Shown one piece after another: positions 50,614 to 64,000 of a stretch of DNA of 64,000 nucleotides. This DNA is from Paraspadella gotoi. Its lineage: Eukaryota > Animalia > Chaetognatha. Every line of letters starts with the position of its first letter. The stretch's first letter is position 1. The notes beneath the pieces are model-generated. The model made no database searches. It saw only the letters and a list, made by a program, of their open reading frames with translations, and had not been told where the DNA came from. The translations under genes and the position numbers were made by a program. The stretch lies in assembly GCA_051294375.1 (NCBI GenBank), contig CM119264.1, positions 23,692,858 to 23,756,857 of the forward strand, written 5' to 3'.

Positions 50614-52126
50614 TCTCGTCTCTCTCTCCTTCTCATCTCTCTTTCTCTTCCATCTCTCTCTCTCCATTAATCAGCTCGTCTAGTATTCATCCCTGCCTCA
50701 TTTATAATTCCCATTTAATCAGGCAGTTTCCTTATCTAAACCTTTTTTTTTCTTTCTTTCACTCCCCTGTTCCCACCACCCGACTAACTTACCACCTCCC
50801 ACTCTCCCTCACCTCCGTCAATTCTAACTACCACCCCCCGTCCCATTTCTTTCCGCATTTAAATCGACAACACGTCACCAATAGTTTCGAGAAATGAGGG
50901 AATTTCCAAGACGTTCAGCTTTCTTTCTTTCCTCGTCCTTTTTTTTTCTCTCTAACCCCGCTCCCTCAGTTTTCAACTTATCCTTCCTCCCTGTTCCTTT
51001 TTATGAAATTGGTACAACCAATATAAAAATTATCCATCGATTTAATAAAATAAGCTATCTTGCCCCTGACTTTTACTTTTATTTCTCTGCTTTTCCCATA
51101 ATTCTTTTACCCCCCTTCTCGCCCCTTTCCCTACTCTTCCTTTCCTTCCCAAACTTTTCCTATTCTTTTCGTTATCTCCTTTTTTTCGCCCGTCCGAGAA
51201 GAGACACGAGTTTTCTCTTCCTACCGTTTTTCTTTTCTTTTTTCTTTTTTTTCTTTCCTTTCTTTTCCTTTTTCTTCGTTTTCTCCCATCTTTTTTCTTT
51301 CTTTCTCTTTCTTTTTTTCATCTTGTTTTTGTTTTTTTTTTCCTTTTTTCTTCTTTCCCTTTCCTCTCTGCTCGTTTTTTTTTTTTTTCGTCCTCATTGC
51401 TTCTCCTTGTCCTTTTTAAGAATTTTTTATATTAAAATTAAACTTTTTTACCCTAACCTCTTTCTTTTGCTTTCTCTCATCTCCCTCTTCCCTTTCTTCC
51501 TCCTCCCTCTCTCCTCTCTTCCTTTCTCTCTCTTATCACTCTTTTTCTTCCTTTCTCCCTCTCACCACTCTTTCTCTTAAGCTTTTCCCCCTTTGTGTCC
51601 TTTCTCATCTTCCTCTTGACTCTCCTCTTTTCTAGTTTTTTTTCGTCACGACTGTGTGAAAGTTTAAGATCTCGGATTAGTGAGGCGTGTAACGCGTGAA
51701 GCAGTGAAGAACAACGAGATTGCTTCACCAGCGAGACCATGAAGGAGCAGCCGATTCAGTGAAGACTCAAAACCGTGCAGGCTGTGCCATACCGGAGATA
51801 TCGCGTCTTGACCTTTAGTTTCACTTCTCACCCAAAATCGGAAAAGTTCACTCCCCAAAAAATAGTGAAATATTTTGTACATAAAATATTAGGCAGTCAG
51901 TGTCATATTTGTCATAAATAAATAAATTTTTCAATTATTATTTTTTCCTTTTTCCTTGAATAAAAGTTCCTACAAAATTACAGGGCTTCTTTGACCTCAA
52001 TGTTTTACAAGTTCTGGGAGGGGAAAATTTAAACATGGGAAGTTTTGACAGCCATTGCAAAGGATGAGGAAGGGGGAGAAAGAGAGGAGAGAGAGAGATG
52101 AGAGAGAGAGAGAGAGCAGAGAGCAG

Positions 52127-52165
<39 letters not shown>

Positions 52166-52214
52166 TGCCTCAGGAAAGAGCCTGAAGGAGAAGAGAGAGA
52201 GAGAAGAAGAAGAT

Positions 52215-52258
<44 letters not shown>

Positions 52259-53029
52259 AGAGACAGAGAGAGAGAGGAGAGAAGATGGAGAGAGAGAGAG
52301 AAGAGAAGGAAAACCCAGGCATCTCCAGTCCCAACGGCATTGCCCTCGGTAAAATGGAGAACTGAGAGATTTGAGGTCACAGTGAGAAAGAAATTCGAAA
52401 ATACGACGACGACGGACCAATGACGGCGACGACGACCAAATGACGACGACGAACGAAGGGAGACAACGACGAAGCTGCGGCTTTCCACGCAATCATTTCC
52501 GTAACATGAGTAGGCGTGGCAGGATGTGGAGCGAGGTGGTTCGGTTCAGGGAGCTCACGGGAATTGGGGATGGGAAGTGTGGCTGCCAAGAGTGGTAGAG
52601 ATGTTTGAGAAGGAGAGGGTGGTAGAAGAGGTGATGGGTAAGAGACGGTGAGTAGAAAGATGGTGGTAAAGATTTGAGATGGGAAGAGATCAGGCGGTGC
52701 ACCACTGCAACACTGCATGGCGCAGGTGATTCACAGCAAATTTTTTGGCCGTTGAGTAAGGAAAGCCTTAACGCCGGTTCAGTGGAGCTGTGTGAAGCTA
52801 AGGGACCGAATCCAGGGGGGTTCAGTGTAGGCGACCACCGGGTGTGAATCGATAGGCCTTTCTGTGTTTTGCGGTTGGCGATGAACTCTCACGCCGTGGG
52901 GTTGTTACTAGTTGATTAGAGCGAGGGTCGAGAGTGAGCTTCGGGCAGCTGAAGGGGATTTAAGAAAGGGTAAGGGTTTGTCGATAGGGTAAGGCGGGGG
53001 TTAGGGTGAGGAAGCGGATTCGAGTGGGA

Positions 53030-53350
53030 CGGGCCGAAAGGCGGCTGGCCGTGGGAGAGGGCGAGCTGGCCGCTTGGAGAGAGGGCGGGCTGTCCCCTGG
53101 GAGAGGGCGGGCCTGGCCTGTGGAGAAGGCGGGCGGTCCCTGGAGAGGGCGGCTGGCCGGTGGGGAGAGGGCGGGGCTGTCCCGGTGGAGGTGCGGGCTG
53201 GCCGTGAGGAGGAGGGCGGGCTGTCCCTGGGGAGAGGGCGGGCTGGCCGTGGGGAGGGCGGGCTGGCCTGGGAGCAGAGGGTGGGATGTCCCCTGGGAGA
53301 GGGCGGCTCGGCTGGTGGAGGAAGGAGCGGGGCTGGCCGGGAGAACGGGC
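53030..53350. repeat. G-rich ~22-bp minisatellite (GGAGAGGGCGGGCTGGCCGTGG)
   Basis: Tandem G-run units; the inverted copy at 56955-57240 is partly an N-gap. Confidence 0.85.
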
Positions 53351-53659
53351 CGTCCTTGTGAAGAATAAGCAACGAGGCGGAAAAATTTGAAGAAAGAGGT
53401 TGAACGGAAAATGAGGATTAGGAGAGTGAGTTGGATAACAACAACAAGCGTTTACTGAAAAAGGAACCCAAAAACAACAAAATCGAACAACGAGCTACGC
53501 GCTGAGAGAAAAACGTAGTCGCTCAAATAGTAAAGCAATGAAGAAAAGTACACGCTAAATAAAAATAAATAATGTAACAAAATAAAATTAGCTAACAATC
53601 AAGCGAGAAGAGGTATAAAATAACAAATATAATAAGAAAAATAAGGTAAGAAAAATTTT

Positions 53660-55776
53660 AGTCGGATCTGCTTATTCAGCAAGATCCCGACTCTAAAATC
53701 TCACTTTTCGGTCGCGTCCCCCCTCAATATTGCCGGGGCACACACTTTTATATCATGTCAGAACATCGATATGATAATAATTATGCAAAAAAATGAATGT
53801 CCGTCCGTCCGTTGTCTGTCCGTCCGTCCGTCGTCCGTCCGCCGCCGTCCCACCTTAGCAAAAAAACTCCATTACCCGTGAGGATGGTAAGGATGGTATG
53901 AAATTTGTGTGTGGGTAGGAAACTGTGTGTGTTGAGTGTGGATATGAAGTTTTTCGAGGAATCGGCGAGGGAAATTGGTTTAAATGGAAAAAACAAAAAA
54001 TATATTCCTATTTGAACGCCAATTGCTCTGAGTTGGATGGCAATTGACTTTAAAATTTATGTATGATGTAGGAAAATTGTGTGATTGAGCCGGATATATA
54101 GTTTCGAAGATCGTGCGAGTGGAAAATGAGTTAAAAAAATGGAAAACAAGAAGTCATATTTTACTGAAGTATTTTTACGTAATTTACTCATAATTATTTT
54201 TGTTATTAAAAATTGGATAGATAAATCGAAATTGAATTTTGTGTTGTGGGTAGGCAAAGTATGTGATAAAGCTGGATAAAAATGTTTGGATGGAATCGTA
54301 GGATGTGGAAAGAGTTCAAAATTAGAAAACCAAAGACACATTTAATTTGGTGAATTTAAAAGTTTCTCCTCTCTCTCCTCTATCTGATGATATTGGATTA
54401 TTGATTGATTGATTGATATTGATTGATTGATTGATTGATTGGATTGATTTGATTGACCAAATTATGCTAATTGACCAAATTATGCCAGTTGACCCAAATT
54501 CTGGGCAAATTATATCAGTTTTGCCAAGTTGACCCAAATTATGGCCTGTTGACCAAATTAGCGAGTTTGATTAAAATTATGCCAGTTAACAGCAAATTAT
54601 GCCGGCTTGACCAAATTAGATTATATTGATCAAATTATGTCAGTTGACCAAATTATGTCAGTTTGAACCAAACATAATGTCAGTAGATAGCCAAATTAAT
54701 TCAGTTTAACCAAATATATGTTTCAGTTGACCAAAATTATGCCCAAGTTTGATTAAATTATGCAAGTTGAACCAAGAACTAGCTTGTTTACCACTTAATT
54801 ATCGATTGAACCTGGAATTTTGTATGCTGAGTAGAAAAGTGTGTGATTGAACAGGAAACCAAGTCGATGGAATCTTGAGTGTGGAAATGAGTTTAAATGG
54901 GAAAAAAACAAAAAACCTGTTTCCACTAATTGATTATGGCTTCTTTTCTTTTTATTAAACTGTATGTGCAAAAAGGAAGTATTAATAATCAATATTATTT
55001 AATCAGTTAATTAATCAATTATGTCAATTTATAACATAATTAATTATCAGTCAATCAAATCCGTATCCGATCCCACCTTAGCAAAAAAGCTCCAATCTCT
55101 TCGTGATTGGCTGGTTGGATTGAAAATGAAATTTTGTTGTGGAGTGGCGTAGGAACGTGTGTGATAAAGCTGGAATATAAGTTTCGACGAATCGGGGAGG
55201 AAATGAGTTTAGTGAAAAACATAAGTCGCATTACTAAAATTCTTTATTTACTTATTTTAACCAATAAGTACTTAGATTAATCATAATTGGATGGATAGAT
55301 TGAGATTTCAAATTTTTTGTGTGTAGAAAATGTATATGTTATGATGCTTGGATATAAAGTTTCGGTGGAGACGTAACGAAGTTGGAAATGAGTTTAAATG
55401 AAAAAAAATAATATGAGTCACATTTACTTGAATCTTTTTACTTATTTTAACCCATAATGATATTGAGATGAAATTTGTGAGCGGGTAGGAAAGGGTTTTG
55501 ACGGAATTGTGGCCAGTGGAAATGAGTTTTAAATGGAAAAAAACACTAAGTCAAAATTTTACTTGAAGCAGAAAAATGATACAAGTTAAGAAAAATCCTA
55601 AAGCATATAAGGAGTCCGTCCAATTGCAGAAGAGAGAAGAGAAGAGAGAGAGAGATGAAGAGATTCGGAGAAGAGAGAGAGAGAGAGAGACGAGAGCCAG
55701 TAAAATGAGCCATAAGGCATTCATCGCAATTGCAAAGAGAGAGAAGAGAGAGACGAGACGAGAAGAGAAAGAGAAG

Positions 55777-55807
<31 letters not shown>

Positions 55808-56615
55808 AAGATTTTAGAAAGAGAAGAGAGTCCGAGATAAAAAATTAGCGAATAAAAAAGTTGTTATTTTAATCACTGAATAAAAATACTTAAAAATACT
55901 TACAAAAATAACATAAAATGATAAATTTAATTATTTGCCGAAAACATTGTTTTTAAATCACTGCAATATATCTAAGTAGCGCCTAATATCTAGTAAGGCG
56001 GGCCAAAATTGAACACTTTTTTATAACTTAAACGTTCTCTTTAATTTTTTTTTCCTTTTAACTACTAAATCGATTTTCATATATACTTTTTGAATAGTTC
56101 AATTGGGTTGTTGCAACTGAAAGCTTTTAAATATTTATTAGATAATTAAATATATAAAGTATTTGAACGGAATTGGTGCCGGGGAATGAGTTAGATGGAA
56201 AAACATAAGTCACATTTACTTGAATCTTTAAATATTAATGCATTTACTAAATAAATGTTTTTAATTAATAATGAATTAATTAATTAATTATATGTGAAAA
56301 ATGATGCAAGTTTAAAAAAAATCTGAAAAGCATAAAGATCGTCGCAATTGCAGAAAAGAGAGGAAGAGAGGAGAGAGAGGAGAGGAGTGAGTGAGAGAGA
56401 GGAGAGAGAAGGAGAACATAAATAAAATAGAGGATATTTGTTTGTTTGATAAAATGTAAACAAAACATATTTAATAACTGTTCCTAACCCAATTTTGAAA
56501 GGACATCGATGAGGATAAGGTTGAATATAATTTAAAATTTAATTTATTACATATTAAAATAATTATTTAATTAATTTAATTAATTAATTCGATAAATAAT
56601 AATTAATTAATTATC
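53660..56615 (+). mobile_element. Helentron-associated non-autonomous element (HINE/DINE-1-like)
   Basis: 5' subTIR GTCGGATCTGC folds with the nearby GCAAGATCCCGAC; core followed by (GTCC)n at ~53798-53830; long internal tandem units and an 18-bp TTGACCAAATTATGCCAG array at ~54450-54780. Confidence 0.75.
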
Positions 56616-57934
56616 GTCGGGATCTGCTGATAAGCAGATCCGACTAAAAATTTTTTCTTACTATTTTTCTTATTATTTTTGTTATTTTTATACCTCTCTC
56701 GCTTGATTGTTAGCTAATTTTTATTTTTGTATACATTATTTATTTTTATTTTAGCGTGTACTTTCTCATTTGCTTTATATTGAGCGACTACGTTTTTCTC
56801 TCGCGGTCAGCCTCGTTGTCGATTTTGTTATTTTGGTTCTTTTCAGTAAAAGTTGTTGTTGTTATCCAAACTCCAAACTCTCCTACATCCGTCATTTCCG
56901 TTCAACTCTTTCTTCAAATTTTTCCGCCTCGTTGACTTTTCGAACCAAACGGACCGCCCTCTCCACGGCCAGCCCGCCCTCTCCCCACGGCCAGCCCGCC
57001 CTCTCCCCAGGGACAGCCCGCCCTCTCTCCACGGCCAGCCNNNNNNNNNNNNNNNNNNNNNNNNNNNNNNNNNNNNNNNNNNNNNNNNNNNNNNNNNNNN
57101 NNNNNNNNNNNNNNNNNNNNNNNNNNNNNNNNNNNNNNNNNNNNNNNNNNNNNNNNNNNNNNNNNNNNNNNNNNNNNNNNNNNNNNNNNNNNNNNNNNNN
57201 NNNNNNNNNNNNNNNNNNNNNNNNNNNNNNNNNNNNNNNNCCCCGCCTTACCCTATCGACAAACCCTTACCCTTTTCTTAAATCCCTTCAGCTGCCGAAG
57301 CCACTCTCGCACCCTCGCTCTAATCACGAACACCCACGGCGAGAGTCATCGCCAACCGCAAAACAAAAGGCCTATCGATTCACCCCGGGTGGTCGCTACA
57401 CTGAACCCCCCCCTGGATTCGGTCCCTTAGCTTCACACAGCTCCACTGAACCGCTAAGCTTCCTTACTCAACGGCCCAAAAAAATTTGCTGTGAATCACT
57501 GCGCCATGCAGTGTGCAGTGTGCACCGCCTGATCTCTTCCCATCTCAAATCTTACCACCATCTTCTATCACCATCTCTTACCATCTCACCTCTTACCACC
57601 CTCTCCTTCCAACATCTCTCACCACTCTTGGCAGCCAACACTTCCGCCATCCCCAATCCCGCTGAGCCTCCCTGAACCGCAACACCCGCTCACATCCTGC
57701 CACGCCTACTCATGTACCGGAAATGATTGCGTGGAGCCGCAGCTTCGTCGTTGTCGTCCCTCGTCGTCGTCGTCATGGTCGTCGTCGCCGTCATTGTCGT
57801 CGTCGTCGTATTTCGAATTTCTTTCTCACTTGACCTCAAATCTCTCAGTTCTCATTTTACCGAGGCAATGCCGTTGGGACTGAGGATGCCTGGGTTTTCT
57901 CTCTCTCTCTCTCTCTCTACTCCAGAGAGAGATT

Positions 57935-59155
57935 AGGTGATCTGGGGTGTGAATATGTTGTTTGTTATTAAATAATCGTTGTTCTTATCTGTCCCACAAT
58001 CTTTCTCCACGTCCACAGAAATCGTCATACGGTCACTATTCGTCTCTCATAGAAGGATCGTCTGTCGTGCGTCCCTCGGAACGACGTCGGTCATGAAGTC
58101 CAGCAGACTTTTGCTCGTCGGTCTCCTGCCCACCATCATCCCTCACATCTCCCTCCAAATCCCTCCACATTCCCTCCACATCCCTCAGTTTAACGGCCGT
58201 CGTTTTCTATTCGAACCAGAACCGTCTCTTCCCTTACCGATCGTTGCCGTCACCGACCGCCCAGACTGCCCGACGCGCACCATCTCCCGTACCGACCGCC
58301 CATCTCCGTACCGACCGCCCATCCTCCGTACCGGACCGGCCCATCTCCCGTACCCGGACCGCCCCATCTCCCGTACCGACCGCCCATCTACTACCGACTC
58401 TCCGTCGCAGTTGATAACGAACGCGAATTTCCGCGTCCTCGCGCGAGATTTTCCGGCCGAAGTCGATTACCGTTTGTTTGTGTTGTTGTTGTTGTCACTG
58501 GTGTCATTTGTCGTCCGTTAATAGTTATAATTGTTGCCCGTTCCGTTGTTGTTGTTGTTGTTGTTGGTATTGTGGCGCGCCTATATTGCGGCCGCGCCCT
58601 AATATAATATGTAAGTGAAGTCTCTTCTCCTTACAATGGACACTTGGGCAGACTAGACAGTGAATAGAGTTAACACGTGACCAGTTCGGAGCGTCGCTTT
58701 TTCAGTCTCGTACCATGGACATTTCTTGTCACGTCCACGTGACGCTCTCGCGAATAACGTCAGAAGACGTCAGCGGGCGGACGTTGGAAGATGAAAAATG
58801 TTGAAAGTGAAAAAGTATAGAGGAGTGACAGGAGTGAAGAAGAAGAGAAAAGTCATGGAAAAGTGCTGGAGCAGGAATAAATTTAAGAAAAAAATAAATA
58901 GAACTGAGTCGTTTTAGTAATCGAAGGAATGAGGGATTGATGAGCTGAGAAAAACGTGGATTGGGGATCGGTGGAGTTGAAATCGTGGAGCTAATCCATG
59001 GACGGGAAGTATAAGTGGAGGAGTGAGGAGTGGAGGGTTGGAGGAGTGGAGGAGTTGAGGAGTTTAGAGTGGAGTAGAAAATGGAGAATCGGATGATTCG
59101 CATGGAAAATCGATGGCCATTCATTCCGTTTTCCGGAACGGGTTTAAGAGAGAGA

Positions 59156-59240
<85 letters not shown>

Positions 59241-59543
59241 AGAGAGAGAGAGAGAGAGAGAGAGAAGAGAGAGAGAGTGAAGAGAGAGAGAGAGAGAGAG
59301 GGACTCAAGAGAAAGAACAGGAAGTTTAGACGTTAGCGAGAGAGTAAAAAATAACAACGAATGAAAAATTAAAAAAAAATTGCCCACTATTTTATTTTTA
59401 TTTATTTATTTTTATTCCATTTTTTTTGCTTCTCAACTGTAGACTTCATTTTTATGTTATCCTTTATCCCGCATCAAGCTGGAATAATCATGGGTCTAGG
59501 TCTCTCTCTCTCTCTCTCTCTCTCTCCTCTCGTGCTCTCTCCT

Positions 59544-59576
<33 letters not shown>

Positions 59577-61053
59577 GGTAGTTAATAAAAATTGCCGTGG
59601 AATCAGTTGCGTGTGTTTGTGTGTGCGTGTGTATGCGAAAGAGAGAGAGAGAGAGAAGAGAGAGGAGAGGAGAGAAGAGAGAGAGAGGAGGAGAGAGAGA
59701 GAGAGAGTGAGGGTGTGTATGACCATAATAAAAAGAGAGGAAAACTATGAACTCGTATTAATGAAGAGACTAAAAAAGAAAAAGACAAGATAATGAAAAA
59801 CCAAAAAAAGAAAATATAAAATAGAATAAAATAGAAAAAAGATTACATCATTAAAAAAAGTATTCAACACAAAAATATATACATATGAAATTGGTACAAC
59901 CAAATATAATTATTAAAACTGAAGATGTATTAGGTTGCTAGACCGCTGACCGACAGTTAGTACATCATGATAAGAGAAAACTATATAAAGAAGAAAACTT
60001 TTGGCATTGGAATGATTAATATAAGAGAATCAATAAAAACATTCAAATGGAAGAAGAATTTTTTGAAATAAGACCTGAAAACAGATAAAGAAACAGATAA
60101 GACCCGGAAACAGTAAAGAAAACAGAATATATCTTCTGAGAAAAAGGAGAATGTTTCAAAAGCAACGAAATAAAAAGGGAAGAAAATATAAAGAAAAGGG
60201 GAAAGATAAGTAAAAAAAATAAAAAAGAAAAGAAAAATAGCAGTCGTGTTGCAAAAAAGAGGACACCCAATAAACATTATGAAAATAATTAGCTTATTTT
60301 AAAAAAATAGTTTTGCAGTGACTAAATGATGAATATTTTCAACCCACTTGTTATTTGGGACTTAAAGCTTCTTGAATGCTTATACCGATTTTCTTTTAAG
60401 TTTACACATATGGAATTTTCCCATTTTAAAATCTAATTTACTCATTCATAAATTATTTATAAATATTGTGTGTAAATGAAGCACTAACCTAAGTTTTGAG
60501 TGTACTCTTTTTTTTTACACAGGACTGTATAAAAGGAAATGAAAGAATAAAAAGGAAAAAAGAAAGAGTATAGAGTAAAGACAGGGAAAAGGGTACCGTA
60601 CCGTACCAAGAAAGAATAGGAGAAAAAAAGGAAAAAGGAGAGGAAAACGGAAAGAAAGAAGAAAAAAAAGAAAAAAGAAAAAAGGCAAAGAGGGAAAAAA
60701 GGAGGAAGAAAAAAATGAAAGAAGGAAAAGGAAGAAGGAAAAAAAAGAAAGACGGAAAAAAGTGTAAAAGAAGGAAAAAAAATGAAAGAGGGAAAAAAGG
60801 AAAGAACGAAAAAAGGAAAGAAGGGAAAAAGGAAAGAGGGAAAAAAAGAAAATAAAAAAGTAGAAAAAAAGGATAAAGGGAAAAAAGGAAAGAAGCGAAA
60901 AAGGAAAGAAGGGAAAAAAGAATAGAAGTTGAAAAAAAGGAAAGAAGGCTGGATGGCCGTACGCAGCGGAAATTGGGAGGAGGAGCTCAACGAAAATGTG
61001 GAGAGGAGGGTTTAACCCCCAGAAATGAAGCTCTGGGAAAACCCTCGCTCGAA

Positions 61054-61150
<97 letters not shown>

Positions 61151-61902
61151 CAAGAGAGAAGAGAGAGAGAGAGATAAGCGGGGCGATAAAAAAAATCGGA
61201 AAGAATGGTGATTGGATTTTGCGATCTGATTTTGTTGGACGAGCTAATCAGGAATCAACATTCTCCGGCGACAAAAAACGAGTTCGTCCTTTCGAGAATT
61301 TCAATGCGAATTTGAGGCGAAATCGTCTCGGTCTTCGTTTGAAATTGTGATGGAAGGTTTTAAATTTAGTACAAAAACAACTAAAGTTTTGAAATGAGAA
61401 CCGACAATTCTATAACAGGTAAAAGAAAAAAGAAAAATATAAAGCAAACGAATTAATATACATTTTAGATTAGATGCATTGGTGCAGAAACCACCGAGAC
61501 TTTAATTAAGTTTTAAAATAAGAATTAAACCTATGATATACCCATTTTTATTAAACTGAGTTTAAAATCTAAAAGCGAAAATTGAAAAAAGAAAATGAAA
61601 TAACGAAAGCGAAAAAGAATAATTACGAAGTAAATCCAGAAGAGAAAAAATAACAACAACAAGCAAAAAGGCAAAAAGTAAAATATCGGAAGGAAAACTG
61701 CGACGATCGATTTAGACCAGGACGTGGTTGCGAAGACGGGGGCGTAAGCAGTGGCGGGGTAGGGGGCGGCAGGCGGCGGCGGCGGCGGCGGCAGCCGTAG
61801 GGCGGAGGCAGGCTGAAGAAGGGTGGACCACCCTTAGTGAGTGTGGAAAACAATAGGCACCGCGTGGCAGGGCCTCTCTCTCTCTCTCATCCTCTCTCGT
61901 CT

Positions 61903-61940
<38 letters not shown>

Positions 61941-62015
61941 GCTCTCTCTCTCTCTTTCTCTCCTACTAATTGACCGCTTAACAAGTTTTGAGCAAACAAT
62001 GTCGGATCTGCCTAA
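57935..62015 (+). repeat. Second copy of 42684-43634 plus 45930-48915, with an internal ~0.6-kb inversion
   Basis: 57935-59060 matches 42684-43634; 59050-59640 is the reverse complement of ~45930-46560; 59714-62015 matches 46560-48915. Confidence 0.88.
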
Positions 62016-62822
62016 CGATAATTAATTAATTATTATTTATCGAATTAATTAATTAAATTAATTAAATAATTATTTTAATATGTAATAAATTAAATTTTAA
62101 ATTATATTCAACCTTATCCTCATCGATGTCCTTTCAAAATTGGGTTAGGAACAGTTATTAAATATGTTTTGTTTACATTTTATCAAACAAACAAATATCC
62201 TCTATTTTATTTTATGTCTCCTTCTCTCTCTCTCTCTCACTCACTCTCTCTCTCTCTCTCTCCTCTTTCCTCTCTTTTTCTGCAATTTGCGACGATCTTT
62301 ATGCTTTTCAGTATTTTTTTTAAACTTGCATACATTTTTCACAATAATTAAATTAATTATTCATTAATTAATTAAAAACATTTATTTAGTAAATGCATTA
62401 ATATTTAAAGATTCAAGGTAAATGTGACTTATGTTTTTTCCATCTAACTCATTTCCCCGGCACAAATTCCCGTACAATACTTATATATATATTATTATCT
62501 AATAAATATTTAAAAGCTTTCAGTTGCAACAACCCAATTGAACTAATTCAAAAAGATTATTGAAAATCGTATTTAAGTAGTAAAAGGAAAAAAAAATTAA
62601 GAGAGACGTTTAAGTTATAAAAAGTGTTCAATTTGGCCCGCCTTACTAGATATTAGGCCTTACTAGATATATTGCATGTGATTAAAACAATGTTTTCGGC
62701 AATAAATAAATTTATCATTTTATGTTATTTTTGTAAGTATTTTAAGTATTTTTATTCATGATTAAAAATAACAACTTTTTTATTCGCCTAATTTTTATCT
62801 CGACTCTCTTCTCTTTCTAAAA

Positions 62823-62866
<44 letters not shown>

Positions 62867-64000
62867 TCTCTCGTCTCGTCTCTCTCCTCTCTCTTTTGCA
62901 ATTGCGATGAATCCTTATGCTCATTTTACTGGCTCTCTCTCTCTCTCTCTCTCTCTCATGCGCGAATCTCTCTCATCTCTCTCTCTCTCTCTTCTCTCTT
63001 CTGCAATTGGACTGGATCTTATATGCTTTTAGGATTTTTCTTAACTTGTATCATTTTTCTGCTTCAAGTAAAATTTGTGACTTAGGTTTTTTCCATTTAA
63101 AACTCATTTCCACTGGCCACAATTCCGTCAAAACCATTTCCTACCCGCTCACAAATTTCATCTCAATCTATTATGGGTTTAAAATAAGTAAAAAGATTCA
63201 AGTAAATGTGACTCATATTATTTTTTTCATTTAAAACTCATTTCCACTCGTTACGTTCCACCGAAACTTTATATCCAAGCATCATACACATACTTTTCAC
63301 CACACAAAAAATTTGAAATCTCAATCTATCCATCCAATTATGATTACATTGAAGTTACTTATTGGTTAAAATAAGTAAAACAAGAATTTTAGTCAATGCG
63401 ACTTATGTTTTTTCGATTAAACTCATTTTCCTACCCCGATCCTCGTCGAAACTTATATCCAGCTTTATCACAACACGTTCCTTACCCACTCCACACAAAA
63501 TTTCATTTTCAATCCAACCAGCCAATCACGAAGAGTTATTGGAGACTTTTTGCTTAAGGTGGGATCGGATGACCGGAATTGATTAGATGAATTAATTAAA
63601 TTATTGATTATAAATTGACTTATTGTTAATTAACTGATTAAATAAATATTGATTATTATACTTCCTTTTGCACTATACAGTTTAATGATAAAAGAGAAGA
63701 AGCCATAATCCAATTAGTGTTTGAAACAGGGTTTTTGTTTTTTTCCGATTTAAACTCATTTCCACCTCAAAGATTCCATCGAAGACTTGGTTTCCTGTTC
63801 AATCACACACGTTTTCTACTCAGCATACAAAATTCCAGGTTCAATCGATAATTAAGTGGTAAACAAGCTATTCTTGGTTTCACTTAGCATAATTTAATCA
63901 AACTTGGCATAATTTGGTCAACTGAACATATTTGGTTAAACTGACATAATTTGGTTCTACTGACATTTATTGATTTGGTCAAGCTGACATAATTTGGTCA
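61980..64000 (-). mobile_element. HINE/DINE-1-like element, 3' end and body
   Basis: Reverse complement of ~54600-56615. The minus strand ends GCAGATCCGAC (3' subTIR) + ATTGTTTGCTCAAAACTTGTT (short stem-loop, T-rich end). The same end occurs at 48880-48915. Confidence 0.75.

Larger units (their letters stand above)
52305..57905. repeat. Inverted duplication: 52305-53691 vs 56616-57905
   Basis: 56616-57905 is the reverse complement of 52305-53691, including the GC-rich minisatellite. Confidence 0.9.

Noticed and set aside
56770-57675. 301-aa ORF
   Set aside because: Spans an N-gap and a minisatellite; the frame is not conserved in the inverted copy; no recognisable domain.

Overview
AT-rich, microsatellite-dense animal genomic DNA from a draft assembly with N-gaps and stretches that look like unpolished long-read sequence. 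Almost all ORFs in the supplied track are spurious (AG/CT)n translations. Two spliced genes are supported. (1) On + at ~1464-4705, a secreted precursor gene: a signal-peptide exon followed by at least 13 tandem phase-1 exons (96 nt when intact). Each encodes one copy of a 29-aa anionic amphipathic peptide (GLFTDLGAGLGE[L/V]ADDTA[S/V][V/I]AG[D/N]VAGEVF) bounded by G-K-K/K-R amidation and cleavage signals. I do not recognise the peptide, and it is the most interesting feature here. (2) On - at 17863-20774, the last four exons (RhoGAP domain) of an ARHGAP39/vilse orthologue. The rest is repeats: a foldback MITE inside the peptide gene, Helentron/DINE-1-like elements, a Tc1 transposase relic, a Penelope-type minimal hammerhead ribozyme, a non-autonomous LTR element nested in a Kolobok-like TIR element, tRNA-SINE-like heads, and a mosaic of direct and inverted duplications at 39.8-64 kb that may be partly assembly artefact.
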